Shown: in pieces, positions 27,276 through 36,363 of the stretch
Position numbering within the stretch: the first letter of the stretch is position 1
Layout of the letters: the number at the start of each line of letters is the position of its first letter
Source of the DNA: Bdellovibrionales bacterium
GTDB lineage: Bacteria; Myxococcota; XYA12-FULL-58-9; SYDY01
NCBI GenBank assembly: GCA_005801425.1
Contig: SYDY01000088.1
Span: 21,290-85,289, forward strand
Length of the DNA stretch: 64,000 bases
Direction of reading: 5' to 3'
Translations under genes and position numbers: made by a program
Notes under the pieces: model-generated
The model's database searches: none
Seen by the model: only the letters and a program-made list of their open reading frames with translations
Told to the model about the DNA's origin: nothing

Positions 27276-28592
27276 CCAGAGATTGAACCAGGGAATGGGC
27301 CCATGTCCGCGTTCGAGTACTTCGCGTGATGTTTGCGAATTGAGGATCCAGCCGACAAAGATGGCGGTGCCCACGCCCCCAATGGGAAGCATCCAGTTGG
27401 ATGCGAGATAATCAAATGCCCCGAATGCGCCGCTTTCGATGCCTGGCAGAAACTCCATGCTGCTAAGCCCAGGGTGTGCCCCTAAGGAAAGTGCGCAGGG
27501 AATACCTACGATATAAATTGCCGTGCCCACCACCAAAGTGGCTTTTGTGCGTGACCAATCCCGTTGATCGATAAAATAAGCGACAGACACTTCAAGCAAA
27601 GAAATAGTGGATGTGAGGGCTGCAAAGGACACGAGAATGTAGAACGTGGGCGCCAAAATTGCACCCATGGGGAGACTGTAAAACATACGTGGCAGGGTGG
27701 TGAATAGAATCGTCATGCTTTGGCTGAAGGAGCCACCACGTTCGGCTTCGGGCACCGAAAAGATAATGCTGAACATGACAAGACAGGCCATCATACCTAT
27801 CATGGTGTCGAGCAGCACCACGACAAAACCCGCTTTGGGGATAGAATCGTTGTTGGGTAGGTACGAACCGTAGGTCATCATGGCGCCCATGCCGAGGGAC
27901 AATGTGAAAAACGCATGACCCACGGCTTCCAAAATACCATGACCTGTCACCGGTCCGATATGAAATAAGAAGTTCAGTGTTTCAGGAAATGATGGCCATG
28001 TTGAAGCCACACCAACCATCATGAGCAACATGATAAACAACGTGGGCATCAACAACTTGGTGATACGTTCAATACCTTTTTGGATGCCGCCCATGACAAC
28101 ACCCATGGTGGTAAGCATGAAGCCACCGTGAAGAAGCAATTGCCATTTTCCGTCAGCAAGAAAGAATGTGAATGTATCGCCGAGATTGCTTGCATCTTGG
28201 GATGTGAAGCCGCTCAGCGACCATTTGAGACATTTTGCAAAATAGTAAACGGTCCAGCCGGAGACGACGGAGTAAAACGATAGGATCATAAAACCTGATG
28301 CGATACCAAGCCAACCGACCATGCCCCATGCAGGATGGCGATTTTCGGCTTGTGCCAATGATATGATAGCGCCCACGGGACTTTGGTGGGTTCGTCTACC
28401 AACCAAAATTTCAGCGAGCATGACGGGCAAACCAATGCATAGCACGGCGAGTAGATACACGAGGACAAAACTACCGCCGTTGTTGGCGAACGTGATGTAC
28501 GGGAATTTCCAAATATTTCCGAGACCGACTGCCGATCCCGCAGCGGCAAATACAAATCCGGCGCGGCCAAATAATCCCCGTTTTTGTTTCAT
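27213..28592 (-). CDS. sodium-dependent transporter, neurotransmitter:sodium symporter (NSS/SNF) family
   Basis: Signature AAGSAVGLGNIWKFPY and multiple TM segments. I prefer the Met at 28592 (MKQKRGLF). The 3' end overlaps the convergent 26625 ORF by 63 nt. Confidence 0.85.
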   Translation of the reverse strand: MKQKRGLFGRAGFVFAAAGSAVGLGNIWKFPYITFANNGGSFVLVYLLAVLCIGLPVMLAEILVGRRTHQSPVGAIISLAQAENRHPAWGMVGWLGIASGFMILSFYSVVSGWTVYYFAKCLKWSLSGFTSQDASNLGDTFTFFLADGKWQLLLHGGFMLTTMGVVMGGIQKGIERITKLLMPTLFIMLLMMVGVASTWPSFPETLNFLFHIGPVTGHGILEAVGHAFFTLSLGMGAMMTYGSYLPNNDSIPKAGFVVVLLDTMIGMMACLVMFSIIFSVPEAERGGSFSQSMTILFTTLPRMFYSLPMGAILAPTFYILVSFAALTSTISLLEVSVAYFIDQRDWSRTKATLVVGTAIYIVGIPCALSLGAHPGLSSMEFLPGIESGAFGAFDYLASNWMLPIGGVGTAIFVGWILNSQTSREVLERGHGPIPWFNLWLFLLKYVCPIAIGGILLSLI

Positions 28593-28738
28593 AATGGAAT
28601 TCTGCTCCTGATCTGTATGTGTGGGGACGCTCCATGAAGCGCCTCGGGACATTATCGGGCCTTTGGAATAAACTCAACTACCATTGCTTGTGTGAGAGTT
28701 CTGGGCTTTCTCCAAAAGACGCGCTATGGGTCTGGCCT

Positions 28739-29641
28739 ATGAAGAAATCATTGTTGCGAGGAACCCTCGCCCTTTGTGTTGTTGGAACGGTCGCTTGCAA
28801 TCGTTTGTCTACCCCAAAAGAGGAGCCCGCCGCGAAGGCTGAAAATGCCGCCGATTTAAAGGCCGAAGATGTGCCCCCAGGGCCATCGCGGGCCACGGTT
28901 GAGGCACCCGCCGATGTTGCGGCAGCGCCAGCCGATGCCGAAAAAACCGCCAGTGGTTTGGCCTCCAAGGTGTTGACCCCAGGACAAGGGACCAAGAAGC
29001 CAGGGCCCGAGGATGTGGTGGAAGTTCACTACACCGGCTGGACCACCGATGGGAAAATGTTCGATAGCTCGGTGACCCGAGGTCGTCCCGCGATGTTTCC
29101 ATTGAACCGTGTCATCAAAGGTTGGACCGAAGGCGTTCAGCTGATGGTTGAGGGTGAAAAACGTCGTTTTTGGATCCCAGCGGCTTTGGCCTATGGCGAT
29201 GCGCCCCAAGGAGGTGCGCCCGCAGGTTTGTTGGTTTTTGATATTGAACTTTTGAAAGTTCAAGAGGCGCCCAAGCCTATTCCAGCGCCCGCCGATGTTG
29301 CCGCGCCACCGAAAGACGCCAAGGCGACCAAATCTGGTTTGCACTATAAAGTATTGGAAAAAGGAAAGGGCGCCAAAAAGCCTACAGCAACATCGCAGGT
29401 GCGCGTGCATTACACCGGTTGGACCACCGATGGAAAAATGTTTGACAGTTCCATGGTGCGTGGCCAACCCGCAACGTTTGGCTTGGATCAAGTCATCAAA
29501 GGCTGGACCGAAGGCGTGCAGTTGATGGTCGAAGGCGAGAAAGCACGTTTTTGGGTGCCTGTTGATTTGGCATACAACAATCAACCTGGTCGTCCTGCGG
29601 GTATGCTGGTGTTTGATGTTGAGTTGCTTGAGATTTTGTAA
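28739..29641 (+). CDS. lipoprotein with two tandem FKBP-type peptidyl-prolyl isomerase domains
   Basis: VHYTGWTTDGKMFDSS...VIKGWTEGVQLMVEGEK...LAY occurs twice. Lipobox GTVAC after the Met at 28739. Confidence 0.9.
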   Translation: MKKSLLRGTLALCVVGTVACNRLSTPKEEPAAKAENAADLKAEDVPPGPSRATVEAPADVAAAPADAEKTASGLASKVLTPGQGTKKPGPEDVVEVHYTGWTTDGKMFDSSVTRGRPAMFPLNRVIKGWTEGVQLMVEGEKRRFWIPAALAYGDAPQGGAPAGLLVFDIELLKVQEAPKPIPAPADVAAPPKDAKATKSGLHYKVLEKGKGAKKPTATSQVRVHYTGWTTDGKMFDSSMVRGQPATFGLDQVIKGWTEGVQLMVEGEKARFWVPVDLAYNNQPGRPAGMLVFDVELLEIL

Positions 29642-29686
29642 CAAAACGCATCGACTATGACTCGTACCCCCACCCGGCACTTCGTG

Positions 29687-29722
29687 CCTACCTCCCCCTC
29701 GCTACCGCGAAGTGGAGGTAGG
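29687..29722 (+). promoter_or_regulatory. anti-SD/SD hairpin upstream of a short uORF
   Basis: CCTACCTCC (29687-29695) is the exact reverse complement of GGAGGTAGG (29714-29722). The GGAGG lies 4 nt upstream of the ATG at 29723. Competing pairings: GGCAC/GTGCC (29676-29688) and CACTTCG/CGAAGTG (29678-29684 / 29708-29714). Confidence 0.4.
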
Positions 29723-29776
29723 ATGTTGCATCTGGCAGTTCTCCCCAATGATTGTTATGTTCGCAATCAATCATGA
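29723..29776 (+). CDS. 17-codon upstream ORF (MLHLAVLPNDCYVRNQS) overlapping the LolA-like start in an ATGA
   Basis: Strong SD (GGAGG) precedes it. Its TGA (29774-29776) overlaps the ATG (29773-29775) of the next gene, which has no SD of its own. Hypothetical. Confidence 0.3.
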   Translation: MLHLAVLPNDCYVRNQS

Positions 29777-30540
29777 ACTATACAGCCGCCTTATTCTTAT
29801 TGTTGATTTCTTCTTCCGCTCAAGCTGCGACACCCGAAGAACGTGGCCTTGAAATTGCACGCATGGTGCATAAAACCAACGAAGGTTTCAAAGGCGAAAA
29901 ATCCGAATTGGAAATGATTCTGATCAATGCCCATGGCGATCGCACCGTGCGACGTATGGCGTCGCTCATTCGTGAAGTGGTGGGTGAAGGGGATAAATCG
30001 CGTATCGAATTTCAATGGCCTGCGGATGTGAAGGGAACACGCATGCTCACTTGGAGCCATAAGGCATCCGATGATGATCAATGGTTGTTTTTGCCAGCGG
30101 TGAAACGTGTCAAACGCATTGCATCGCGCAATAAATCAGGATCGTTTATGGGCAGCGAGTTTTCATACGAAGATTTGGGAAGTCCTGAGATCGAAAAATT
30201 CAAACACAAGTTTTTAGGTGATGTGACAGTGAATGGCCGCCCTTGTTGGCGTCTTGAACGGATCCCGGTTGATCCAACAAGCGGATACAGCAAAGAAGTG
30301 ACGGTGATTGATCAAGGCATGATGAATCCTGTTTCTATTGAATATTACGATCGCAAAGGCGATTTATTGAAAACGGGAACTTTTGAGAATTATGCGCAGA
30401 TCTCGGGCTACTTTCGTGTTCAGTCGATCCGCATGGAAAATCACCAAACCAAAAAATCGTCGATTTTAAGTTGGAAATCACGGGAGCTTGGTGTGTCACT
30501 TGATGATGCGCTGTTTGATAGCAATGAGCTTGATGGATGA
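29773..30540 (+). CDS. outer-membrane lipoprotein-sorting (LolA-like) protein
   Basis: Signal peptide. IEFQWPADVKGTRMLTW...DQWLFLPAVKRVKRIASRNKSGSFMGSEFSYEDLG matches the LolA-like family usually found next to MMPL/RND exporters. Confidence 0.75.
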   Translation: MNYTAALFLLLISSSAQAATPEERGLEIARMVHKTNEGFKGEKSELEMILINAHGDRTVRRMASLIREVVGEGDKSRIEFQWPADVKGTRMLTWSHKASDDDQWLFLPAVKRVKRIASRNKSGSFMGSEFSYEDLGSPEIEKFKHKFLGDVTVNGRPCWRLERIPVDPTSGYSKEVTVIDQGMMNPVSIEYYDRKGDLLKTGTFENYAQISGYFRVQSIRMENHQTKKSSILSWKSRELGVSLDDALFDSNELDG

Positions 30541-31880
30541 TTCGGAATCTATGCACGTGGATGTTGTGTGTGTGGCCGATGACCGCCCAAGCATGGCCAC
30601 AATTATCACTTGAAAGTCGGGGTGAATTGGGCGCTGAATTTCGTAGTTTTACACCCGATGACGATTCAAGCACCCAGGACCTGAATTTTGCGGTGGTAGG
30701 ACGTTTGGGGATTGACGCGTCAACAAAATATATCGAAGCCAAAGGTCTCGCTTTTTTTCGCTATGATGCACTTGATTCTGAACGCTCTAAAATTTTTGTT
30801 GAAGATGGCTATCTGGAAATGAAGCGCGGTATGCTTCGATTGCGTGCGGGTTATCAACGTTTAAATTGGACGGCCACCGAGGCATTCCATCCTGCCGATA
30901 TCGTCAATGCGCGTTACTGGGATAGCACGATTGAAAATCAGGAAAAACTGGGTGAGCCCATGCTTGCGGTGCGCCTCAAAGCGTTGGGTGGCGATGTTGA
31001 GTTTTACTATCGTCCTATTGCGGTCGATCCTGTCTTTCCTTCGACACGATCACGTATGCGGGTGTTTGCACCCATCCATACGGGGGTAGGTGCTGACGTG
31101 ACGCTGGGCGACCCCGTTCGCATGCGTTTTAACGGTGATCTTTACACCGACCATTTTGCTTACGAACAATGGGGTGCGCGCATCCAGCGTTCGTTTGCGG
31201 GGGCAGATCTCGGTGTGCATGTGATGCAGCATCTTGATAGAACCACGCCTGTGGTATTTCTCGATACTACCGAGGCATCATCCCCCAAGGCGCGTATGCT
31301 GTTTCAGCCGGTGACTGTTTTGGGTTTCACCTACGTGCAGGCTTTGGGAAGTTTTTTGATCAAAATGGAAGGGGCGTACCAGTGGTACATGCGCCCCCGT
31401 GGCGGGCAGACACCTCTCGGTATGGTTCCTGAACGAAATTACGGATCGGTGGCACTTGGGCTTGAGTATGGATTCAATCATCAGGGCCGTGGAACATCGA
31501 CATTTATTCTTGAAGGTCAGGGCATTTTTGGGTTTCCAAAAAATCAGCCGGTGGATGCTTCTATTTTTCTCATACCCCAGGCCAGCCGACCGGTGGGTTT
31601 ATTGACGCCTTTGTTTAATCACGATGTCATGTTGGCGTATCGATACAGCTTTGATGATGAATCGAGTACAACCGTTTTGTGTTCAGCGATTGTGGATGTT
31701 TTGCGTCCGCAAGAGTTTTTGTTGACGGCATCGGTGGAGCGTCGCTTGGGCGAAACATGGCTTGCATCGACAGGCGTTCGTGTGGTGCGCATTCCTCCTA
31801 AAGATCCAAAGGCCCCCCAAGGATTTGAAAATATGAATGACGCGCACCAAATCTTTGTTAACGTGAAAAGATATTTTTGA
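30537..31880 (+). CDS. putative outer-membrane beta-barrel protein
   Basis: Signal peptide, alternating beta pattern, C-terminal aromatic residue (VNVKRYF). ATGA-coupled to the LolA-like gene. Confidence 0.55.
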   Translation: MIRNLCTWMLCVWPMTAQAWPQLSLESRGELGAEFRSFTPDDDSSTQDLNFAVVGRLGIDASTKYIEAKGLAFFRYDALDSERSKIFVEDGYLEMKRGMLRLRAGYQRLNWTATEAFHPADIVNARYWDSTIENQEKLGEPMLAVRLKALGGDVEFYYRPIAVDPVFPSTRSRMRVFAPIHTGVGADVTLGDPVRMRFNGDLYTDHFAYEQWGARIQRSFAGADLGVHVMQHLDRTTPVVFLDTTEASSPKARMLFQPVTVLGFTYVQALGSFLIKMEGAYQWYMRPRGGQTPLGMVPERNYGSVALGLEYGFNHQGRGTSTFILEGQGIFGFPKNQPVDASIFLIPQASRPVGLLTPLFNHDVMLAYRYSFDDESSTTVLCSAIVDVLRPQEFLLTASVERRLGETWLASTGVRVVRIPPKDPKAPQGFENMNDAHQIFVNVKRYF

Positions 31881-31893
31881 AAGAGAATGATCC

Positions 31894-34194
31894 ATGGGTG
31901 ACAATCAAAAAAGCAATCGATTCGTCGAAGGTTTGATCCACGGGGTGACGGAACGTCGTGCTTTGGCGTTTTCGATGGGCGTGTTGCTCGTCCTTGGTAT
32001 GGCGGCAGGCATCAAACACATCGAAACCAATTTTACCCATACCGCATTTTTTCGTCCCGATGATCCGCAGCTCCTCGCACTCAATGCTTTTGAGCGGCAA
32101 TTCGGCAACGATGACATGGTGTCCGTGATTGTACACAGCCCGTCGGGTGTGTTTGATATGGATACCGCCACGTTGATCCAAGAAATTACCGCCAAGATGT
32201 GGCGTGTTCCTCATGTGATCCGCGTGGACTCCATCGCCAATTTCCCGTGGGTACGCGCGGCGGGGGATGACATCGAAATAGAGTCACTTTTTCCCGAAGA
32301 GGTGCCGTTAACACCTGAGATCCTCAAAGAGCGCGAACATGTGGCCATGAACCATGAATTGCTACCGGGATATCTCGTGAGCAAAGATAGAAAAACCGCT
32401 GTGGTGTTTGCACGGATCCGCCCATGGTTTGACGATAAACCTGAAGTGGAAGCGGTGATCGAAAAAACCCGTGAAGTGGTTCAAAGTGTAACACGCGGTG
32501 ATCACGTCTTTCATATCGGGGGTGGGCTCGCCATCACCTATGCATTTCGCGAGAGTTCAACCCAAGATGCAACGAGGCTTTCGCCCGTTGTTCTCGGCAT
32601 GGTAATACTGTTCTTAAGTCTTACGTTTCGACGCTTGGGTGGCGTGGCTTTGCCCCTGGTGGTTGTTGTATCGGCCGCACTTTGTGCGATGGGCGCGGCC
32701 GGCTGGTTTCATATCGAAATTACAAGTTTGACCATGGCAGTGCCGCAGATCCTGATTGGCATTGCGTTGGCTGATTCGGTTCACATTCTTGTGACGTTTT
32801 ATCAAGGACGTGGGAGTGGCTTGAGTAAGTTGGAAGCGGCGAAGTTCTCGTTCCGGAAAAACTTTCAACCCACGTTGCTCACCAGTGCGAGTACGGCTTT
32901 GGGTTTTGTGTCGTTTGCGGGGGCTGATCTTCCACCGGTATCGGGCTTGGGTTATCTCGCTGCGACTGGGACCATGATTGCGTGGGTTCTCACGTATCTG
33001 CTGCTTGGGCCGCTTATGGTGTGGTGTCCATCGCGTGGCGATCGCAATGCGAAGGTGGATGACGATTTACAACCCATCATGCCGTGGGTTGCTCATTACA
33101 CCTCATGGATTGTTGAATACCGTTGGTGGGTGATTGGTGGGTTTGCAGCACTCTCGGTATGGGCCACAGGGCTTACTTTACAAAATCGTGTGAATTCGGA
33201 TCCCTTTCAATATTTTGCCAAAGGCTATTGGCTGCGTGAACCCAACGATTTTGTATTGGCCAATTTGAGCGGCGCCGTCGGCTTTGAGGTGGTGATTGAT
33301 TCAGGCAAAGAAGATGGGATCAAGTCACCTGAGTTTTTAAACAAAGTGGAGATATTGGAGAAGAAGGCGCTGCAATTGGAAGGCGTCAATAGGGCGGTGT
33401 CTATCATTGATTCGATTCGCCAAACGAACCGTGCGTTGCATGGTGGTGACAATGCGTTTTACAATATCCCAACGTCGTCGGAAGAAATCGCCCAGGTCTT
33501 GTTTCTATATACTATGGGGCTTCCCCAGGGCATGGATATGAACGATCGGATGACCGTTAAAAATGATGCCATGCGTTTGACGTTACTCACGACAGTCACT
33601 GATTCCGAACGATGGATGGACACAGCCCATGCGATTGAATCGATCGCCAAAGAACTAGGTCTTAAGGCACAGATCACAGGCAAAGGAACGCTTTATCAAA
33701 GTATGAATGAATATGTCGTTCATTCGTTTATCAAATCGCTTTTGATCGCACTTGTTCTGATCTCTTTGATGATGGTGATCTTCTTTAAATCGTGGAAATT
33801 GGGCCTTCTGTCGATGTTGCCCAATATTTTCCCTTTGATTATCGGGGGCGCGGTGCTGCACATGATGGGCATCAGCCTTGATATTGGAACGATGTTGGTG
33901 AGTAGCGTGTGTTTGGGTATTGCTGTTGATGATACCATTCATATTCTCGCCAATTTCAATCGTATGCGATCGCAAGGGATGTCAGAATACGAAGCGATGT
34001 CCAGGCTTTTAAGCAACACGGGTTTGGCTTTGGTGGTAACCACATTGGTTGTTGTGGCAGCCTTTGGAACATTGGCCTTCGGCACATTTCAACCCAATGT
34101 GTATTTTGGGATGATGACAGCGATTATTCTTTCGGTAGGCCTTGTGGCTGATTTGATGTTTCTTCCGGCGCTGCTGGTGCACAAGAAAACGTAG
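31894..34194 (+). CDS. RND-superfamily exporter, MMPL/HpnN-like (766 aa)
   Basis: Two blocks of about 6 TM segments separated by soluble loops. Typical partner of the LolA-like protein. Confidence 0.8.
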   Translation: MGDNQKSNRFVEGLIHGVTERRALAFSMGVLLVLGMAAGIKHIETNFTHTAFFRPDDPQLLALNAFERQFGNDDMVSVIVHSPSGVFDMDTATLIQEITAKMWRVPHVIRVDSIANFPWVRAAGDDIEIESLFPEEVPLTPEILKEREHVAMNHELLPGYLVSKDRKTAVVFARIRPWFDDKPEVEAVIEKTREVVQSVTRGDHVFHIGGGLAITYAFRESSTQDATRLSPVVLGMVILFLSLTFRRLGGVALPLVVVVSAALCAMGAAGWFHIEITSLTMAVPQILIGIALADSVHILVTFYQGRGSGLSKLEAAKFSFRKNFQPTLLTSASTALGFVSFAGADLPPVSGLGYLAATGTMIAWVLTYLLLGPLMVWCPSRGDRNAKVDDDLQPIMPWVAHYTSWIVEYRWWVIGGFAALSVWATGLTLQNRVNSDPFQYFAKGYWLREPNDFVLANLSGAVGFEVVIDSGKEDGIKSPEFLNKVEILEKKALQLEGVNRAVSIIDSIRQTNRALHGGDNAFYNIPTSSEEIAQVLFLYTMGLPQGMDMNDRMTVKNDAMRLTLLTTVTDSERWMDTAHAIESIAKELGLKAQITGKGTLYQSMNEYVVHSFIKSLLIALVLISLMMVIFFKSWKLGLLSMLPNIFPLIIGGAVLHMMGISLDIGTMLVSSVCLGIAVDDTIHILANFNRMRSQGMSEYEAMSRLLSNTGLALVVTTLVVVAAFGTLAFGTFQPNVYFGMMTAIILSVGLVADLMFLPALLVHKKT

Positions 34195-34218
34195 CGGCGC
34201 AGCAAGCTGTGCCGCTAC
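34191..34218. repeat. GTAG-headed palindromic REP-like unit (variant), overlapping the MMPL stop codon
   Basis: GTAGCGGCGCAGCAAGCTGTGCCGCTAC. The TAG at 34192-34194 is the stop codon. 13-nt arms with one G-T position. Confidence 0.7.
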
Positions 34219-34281
34219 ATTTATGAGAAAATTACGCATATTTCTTGCGATACTTATGTGCAATGCCGTAGTCCTTCGTAG

Positions 34282-35124
34282 GTGACGACCTATACAGTGA
34301 TAAGCCCTTCGGGATCTTCGTGGGCGGTGGATATCCGCGAAACTTTTGAACAACGTGGTTTGATCTGGATATTTGCGATCAAAGAATTGTCGGCACGTTA
34401 TCGGCAAACGCTTTTGGGCCCCCTGTGGTTTTTTTTGCAGCCTTTGCTGATGACAGGCGTTTTTACGTTGATTTTTAGCAAGATGTTGGGTGTTTCCACG
34501 GGGCGAGCGCCCGCGGGGTTGTTCTATTTGTCCGGTCTTGCACTGTGGACGTATTTTTCACAGGTGGTGACTGCCCTTGGTACGGGGGTTCGTTCACACG
34601 GGGCATTGTTTCGCAAAGTATATTTCCCGCGTCTTACGATCATGGCGGCACCTCTGGTGTCCAATGCGGTGCAGTTGGTAATGCATATCACGACATTTTT
34701 TGTTGTGGCGCTACTTTCAGGACCGGCCGGTGTTTCCTCTCTTACAATATCGCCATGGGCCGTGCCTCTTCTTCCTCTCATTTGTGTGTATGTGGCGCTG
34801 ATGGCTTTGGGTGTGGGGCTTGTGATTGCTGCAATGAGCATCCGATTTCGCGACTTACACAGTTTGGTTACTTTTCTACTCCAGATGTGGATGTTTGGTA
34901 CACCGATTATTTGGGACACAGCGCCTGGGGGTGAGCGCTGGCGCTTCATTTTAGATCTGAACCCTATGGCATGGCCTATCCGTGCATTTCGCGGATTGTT
35001 TTTAGATACATCAATGCCCACGTCGAGAGAGATTATTTTTGGGAGTATGATCACGATATTGCTCATCGCGGTGGGAATTGTTTTATTTCGTCGTGCGGTT
35101 CGCGACGGTGTGGATGTTTTATGA
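34282..35124 (+). CDS. ABC-2 type polysaccharide/O-antigen export permease (Wzm/TagG-like)
   Basis: IKELSARYRQTLLGPLWFFLQPLLM motif and 6 TM segments. GTG start. Confidence 0.8.
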   Translation: MTTYTVISPSGSSWAVDIRETFEQRGLIWIFAIKELSARYRQTLLGPLWFFLQPLLMTGVFTLIFSKMLGVSTGRAPAGLFYLSGLALWTYFSQVVTALGTGVRSHGALFRKVYFPRLTIMAAPLVSNAVQLVMHITTFFVVALLSGPAGVSSLTISPWAVPLLPLICVYVALMALGVGLVIAAMSIRFRDLHSLVTFLLQMWMFGTPIIWDTAPGGERWRFILDLNPMAWPIRAFRGLFLDTSMPTSREIIFGSMITILLIAVGIVLFRRAVRDGVDVL

Positions 35125-36350
35125 ATCAGCCTGTTACCGTGCGTGCCGAAGGTTTGTCTAAGCACTATGTGCGTGGACGCAATAGCGACATGACGTCTGT
35201 TTTTGATCGATGGATGAAACGACCTGATCAAGGTTTTTTCGCCATCAAAGATGTAAGCTTTGAATTGCGTCGTGGTGAAGTGGTGGGGTTGATAGGGCGC
35301 AATGGTTCAGGCAAATCGACGTTATTTAAAGTATTGTCGCGTATTACCACTCCAAGCCATGGCCGTGCCGAAATTTTTGGGCGATGTGCCACCATGCTTG
35401 AAGTGGGAACCGGGTTTCATCCTGATTTAACTGGGCGTGAAAATATTTCGTTAAGTGGCCAAATTTTAGGTATGCGACCTCATGAAATCGCAAAAAAGTT
35501 GGATAGCATTATCGACTTTTCGGGTGTGGGTGAATTTCTTGATACACCCGTGAAGCACTATTCGTCGGGTATGTACGTGCGCCTGGGGTTTGCGGTCGCT
35601 GCCCATCTTGATGCCGATGTGTTGCTTGTGGATGAAATCCTGGCTGTGGGCGATCAAGCGTTTCAACAAAAATGTTTGCAAACCATTGCGGGCATTGGAC
35701 GTGAAGATCGAACGGTGGTGTTGGTCTCTCACAGCATGCCCAATATTGTGAGCGTTTGCGATCGTGCTTTGCGGCTTGAGGGAGGTCACTTGGTTGATTT
35801 TGGACCCGCACGTGATGTGGTGACGGCCTATTCACGTGAAGTGGCAGGATCGATTCCATATCGTGAATGGAGCGCGGATGAAGCGCCTGGCGATGCCATT
35901 GCGCGTTTGCGTTCAGTGCGTGTGATTGATGAATCGGAAAACACGCACGCGGTGATCAAATGCCATCGCGCATTTTGGATTGAAGTGACGTACACTTCCA
36001 CAAATACAAAAAGAGTGCCTTGCCCATCTTTTCGTATGTTCAATGTGGATGGGCATCGGATTGTTGCAGGCATTTGTCCCATGGAATTGGTGGAACGTCG
36101 CGCCGATGGCATGTTTGTGGCCAGGGCCCGGGTTTCCTGTGATGTTTTGGATGATGGCACATACACACTTGGGATCTGTGTGAGCAGTTTTTATCCAGGC
36201 CGTGAGCATGTCAAAGCGGATGGTGTGGTGGGCTTTGGTCTCTCGGTGGTTGATCACCATGGAAAACCGCGTGAACGGGCAGTCTTGCAGGCGATCACAC
36301 GCATCCCTGTTTCATGGGGAAGTGGTTCTGTTCAAGCGATGATCGCCTAA
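35121..36350 (+). CDS. polysaccharide ABC exporter ATP-binding protein (Wzt/TagH-like) with C-terminal extra domain
   Basis: Walker A GRNGSGKST, signature YSSGMYVRLGFA, Walker B LLVDEILAVGD. ATGA overlap with the permease; the ORF-track start at 34971 is rejected. Confidence 0.85.
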   Translation: MNQPVTVRAEGLSKHYVRGRNSDMTSVFDRWMKRPDQGFFAIKDVSFELRRGEVVGLIGRNGSGKSTLFKVLSRITTPSHGRAEIFGRCATMLEVGTGFHPDLTGRENISLSGQILGMRPHEIAKKLDSIIDFSGVGEFLDTPVKHYSSGMYVRLGFAVAAHLDADVLLVDEILAVGDQAFQQKCLQTIAGIGREDRTVVLVSHSMPNIVSVCDRALRLEGGHLVDFGPARDVVTAYSREVAGSIPYREWSADEAPGDAIARLRSVRVIDESENTHAVIKCHRAFWIEVTYTSTNTKRVPCPSFRMFNVDGHRIVAGICPMELVERRADGMFVARARVSCDVLDDGTYTLGICVSSFYPGREHVKADGVVGFGLSVVDHHGKPRERAVLQAITRIPVSWGSGSVQAMIA

Positions 36351-36363
36351 GGATGCTCTAATT

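Noticed and set aside
28856-29680. 274-aa minus-strand ORF antisense to the FKBP gene. Similar long antisense or out-of-frame ORFs: 24283-24999, 34524-35231, 3772-4386, 26714-27241, 43721-44311, 56557-57054, 20872-21315
   Set aside because: The opposite or overlapping frame carries unambiguous family motifs. These ORFs are Arg/His/Pro-rich shadow frames typical of GC-skewed coding regions.
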